A DNA stretch of 64,000 nucleotides from Anthoceros angustus. Taxonomy: Eukaryota; Plantae; Anthocerotophyta. This document shows, piece by piece, positions 61,486-64,000 of this stretch. Within the stretch, counting starts at the first letter, position 1. Each line of letters starts with the position of its first letter. The stretch is taken from NCBI GenBank assembly GCA_010909165.1, contig VJWM01000108.1, positions 124,001-188,000 of the forward strand, written 5' to 3'. A model generated the notes under the pieces. The model saw only the letters and a list, made by a program, of their open reading frames with translations, was not told the DNA's origin and searched no databases. The translations under genes were made by a program, and so were the position numbers.

Positions 61486-62449
61486 ATAGTGCTCGTGGAA
61501 CTCTTTGGAGGCATCGATCGGCTTGGGCGGTGCTAAAGTGTGGCATCAAAGTGCGAAGATCGTGCATTGTGACCCGGATCCAAAAGCAAGGATTGTGTCA
61601 CGAGCGTAAGAGACTTGATGGGGGAGTACCCTAACCTCCTGACGTGGGAGTCAGTGAAGGGTTACCAGAAGGCGCTGCCGATGGATGTTCGCATGATAGG
61701 GTTGTCCCATTTGAGTTGTCTTGGGCAACCGGTGGACCTTGTCATCGCAGTTGGGAGTGTCAAGGACTATCCTCTGCGAGGCAAGGGTCAAGGTCGAAGG
61801 ATCCACGACGGCATTGTTCTATGACTGATGAGGATCTTGCGCTTGATCCGAAAGGGCAAGAAAGGCCTTGTGGATACATGTTGGAGAATGTGCCCATGCA
61901 TGAGCGTGAAGAAGCAAGTTCGGAGGACTTTGCCACGATCCGAGGAGTGTTGGGTCGGGAGCTTCTATTGGATGCGACTCAATTTGGTTCGAGGGCTCAT
62001 AGGTTGAGGTCCATGTGGACTAACCTTGCTCCCTTGGAACATTTGAAGTGTGCGAGGTCGTTCACCAAGCGACCTAATCATGTTGTCAAGGATGTGCTAG
62101 CATCGGAAGGCATGCCCAACAAGTCATCAAGGCGACAAGCCGCACTTCCTGTGAACACGCTGGACACCCCATGGCGGCTTGGCCAACCTTTGTGTCCAAG
62201 TCCAAGTCTTACGCCTTCAGGAACCATGGCCCTGGCGTTGTGGTGGACAGACATGGCGAGGCCTTGGGAGAGCCAACAGCCACAGAGAGGGAGTTGGCCA
62301 TGGGATTTGCTGCCGGAGCCACGAAGACACCGGGAGTGACCGAGAAGGAACGGTGTCGATTGCTTGGGCAAGCATTTGACATGAACATGATGACCTGGTT
62401 GTTTAGCGCTGGAGTCGCTACCAACTTCAAACCAAGAAGGCGGGGTTGA
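61486..62449 (+). pseudogene. C5 cytosine DNA methyltransferase domain (frameshifted) inside the retroelement
   Basis: Motifs in order: IVLVELFGGI (I), VDLVIA(G)WECQGLS (IV), MLENVP (VI), DATQFGSRAHRLRSMWTN (VIII), PTATERELAMGF (IX), RCRLLGQAFDM (X). Confidence 0.85.
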
Positions 62450-63749
62450 AGCAGCGGGTTCGGTGGGTGAAGGACATTCCAACACTCGCATCTCAACAGG
62501 AGAAGGCGAGTTTGGAGGGCAAGGAGAGTGAGCACATAGAGGAAGCGTGCAAGCCATCTGAGCCACAGCCACATGAGTGGTTAACAAGCACCGAGTTGAA
62601 GTGCAATCAATGGCGTCAGCTAAAAGAGTTGTCGGAGGCATCGCGACATGTGTTTGCTTTCACTCTTGTGGAGATGGGGAAGCACACCAAAGGGAAATTC
62701 CACATAGAACTAATCAAGGATGAACCAAGTGTTCGCAGGAGGCACAGCTCGAAGGCAAGAAAATGACGAGCAACCGGGGAGAGTAGTCCACATAGCAGGC
62801 CCATGAGGATGTCAAGACAAGCCTCCACTCATGGACAAGGTTCATAACCTCGACGACATTCCGAAGGAGATTGGTTTTGTGCACAATGCGCTACATGAGG
62901 TGCGTACGTGTGTAGTCCTACTAATGATAATGTTTTGACTTAGAGTCTCACATTATCGGGGGATTGGTTGCACCTATATATCTGCGTATTAGATTTGTTT
63001 GCTTGGTTGTTGGTCGAGTGCTTATATGAATTCAAGTGCTTACCTCGTGCGGCTGTCGCGTGTGATACTAATCTGCACTTGGGTTTAGTGTTTGATTAGC
63101 ATTAATTAATCTAATTACTTATCTTTAAGTAAGTAATTAGTGTTAATTAATCTAAGGTGCTTATGAATTCAAGTGCTTACCTCGTCGACGGTCATCTGTG
63201 ATACTAATCTGCACTTGGGTTTAGTGTTTGATTAGCATTAATTAATCTAATTACTTATCTTTAAGTAAGTAATTAGTGTTAATTAATCTAATGTGCTTAT
63301 GTTAATTAAGCATTGATTAGTGTTAATTAAACATGGTTAGTAATAGCTAAGTAGATAAGCTCAAGTAATATGCTTTGGCATATTCCTTGCATATTATAGT
63401 GTATTCTTAGGATATTTAGGATATCGATGCCAATAGGATATCTTAGGAATATGCCGATGCCAAGGGCTAGTATATATAGACCTTCCAATGAGGACAAGCT
63501 CAAATCATAGCTTGTCCTCTAGATATGCAATGCAAGGGTGTTCGAGGAGGCCAAAGCTATGACTCCGAGAGCAATGTGTGAGGAATTTGCGGGTTGTTCT
63601 CGTGGGGAGAGTGTGTTTGTGCCACGATGTGCGAGCTACTCCCTCCTATTGTTACAAGCTGCATATATATATCTGCGTATTAGATTTGTTTGGTTGGTTG
63701 TTGGTCGAGGAAGTGCTTATATGAATTCAAGTACTTACCTCGTGCGACA

Positions 63750-64000
63750 GAGTCGTCTGCAAGTGATAGAAAGTGACCTTATCTCTAGGCCGAAGGATGT
63801 GAGAATCGTCTACAAGTGACAGAAAGTGACCTTATCTCGAGGCCCAAGGATGTGAGAATCGTCTGCAAGCGATGAAAAGTGACCTTATCTCGAGGCCCAA
63901 GGATGTGAGAGTCGTCTGGAAGTGACCAAAAGACGTAGTCGCAAGCAGTGGAAGCTGGCCTGGATAGGGCCTTGTAGTGGGCGATACCAAATAGAGCGTC
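63750..64000 (-). mobile_element. Right arm of the 53-bp minisatellite plus upstream CRE-like RT coding sequence
   Basis: About 4 more 53-bp units; reverse complement of the window end reads DALFGIAHYKAL...FWSLPDDSHILGPRDK. Confidence 0.78.

Larger units (their letters stand above)
55657..63749 (+). mobile_element. Decayed Ty3/Gypsy-like LTR retrotransposon (gag-CCHC, protease, C5 DNA methyltransferase, truncated before RT)
   Basis: TG...CA ends; GAGT on both flanks; LTR-like direct repeats about 55667-56137 and 63197-63660; GHNEAACWEKHP zinc knuckle; LIDTGAQPV protease; pre-RT stretch LKEL...VFAF...MGKH..GKFHIELIKDEP. Confidence 0.8.

Overview
Gene-dense nuclear DNA from a land plant, with short GT-AG introns. 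A seed-free lineage (hornwort, lycophyte or fern) is inferred from the PLS-class PPR with a PGxSWW box and a MIKC*-type MADS gene. Recognisable genes are eIF3h, a MES11/13-like methylesterase, SYF1/XAB2, a PLS-E PPR, calmodulin, presequence protease, asparagine synthetase, an RGXT/MGP4-like GT77 xylosyltransferase and a MIKC* MADS-box gene. Between them lie PPR relics, Harbinger, LINE and CRE-like fragments, and many tandem repeats. Three results stand out. (1) A decayed Ty3/Gypsy-like LTR element (about 55.7-63.7 kb) carries a C5 cytosine DNA methyltransferase domain between its protease and the start of RT. (2) That element sits inside a 53-bp minisatellite built from the RT active-site coding segment of a CRE-like LINE. 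(3) A 5S-rRNA-derived SINE-like family has two copies, one with a perfect 13-bp TSD. Tandem duplications inside PreP, MADS and the LTR region look like possible long-read assembly artefacts. All calls come from reading the sequence by eye; no database searches were run.
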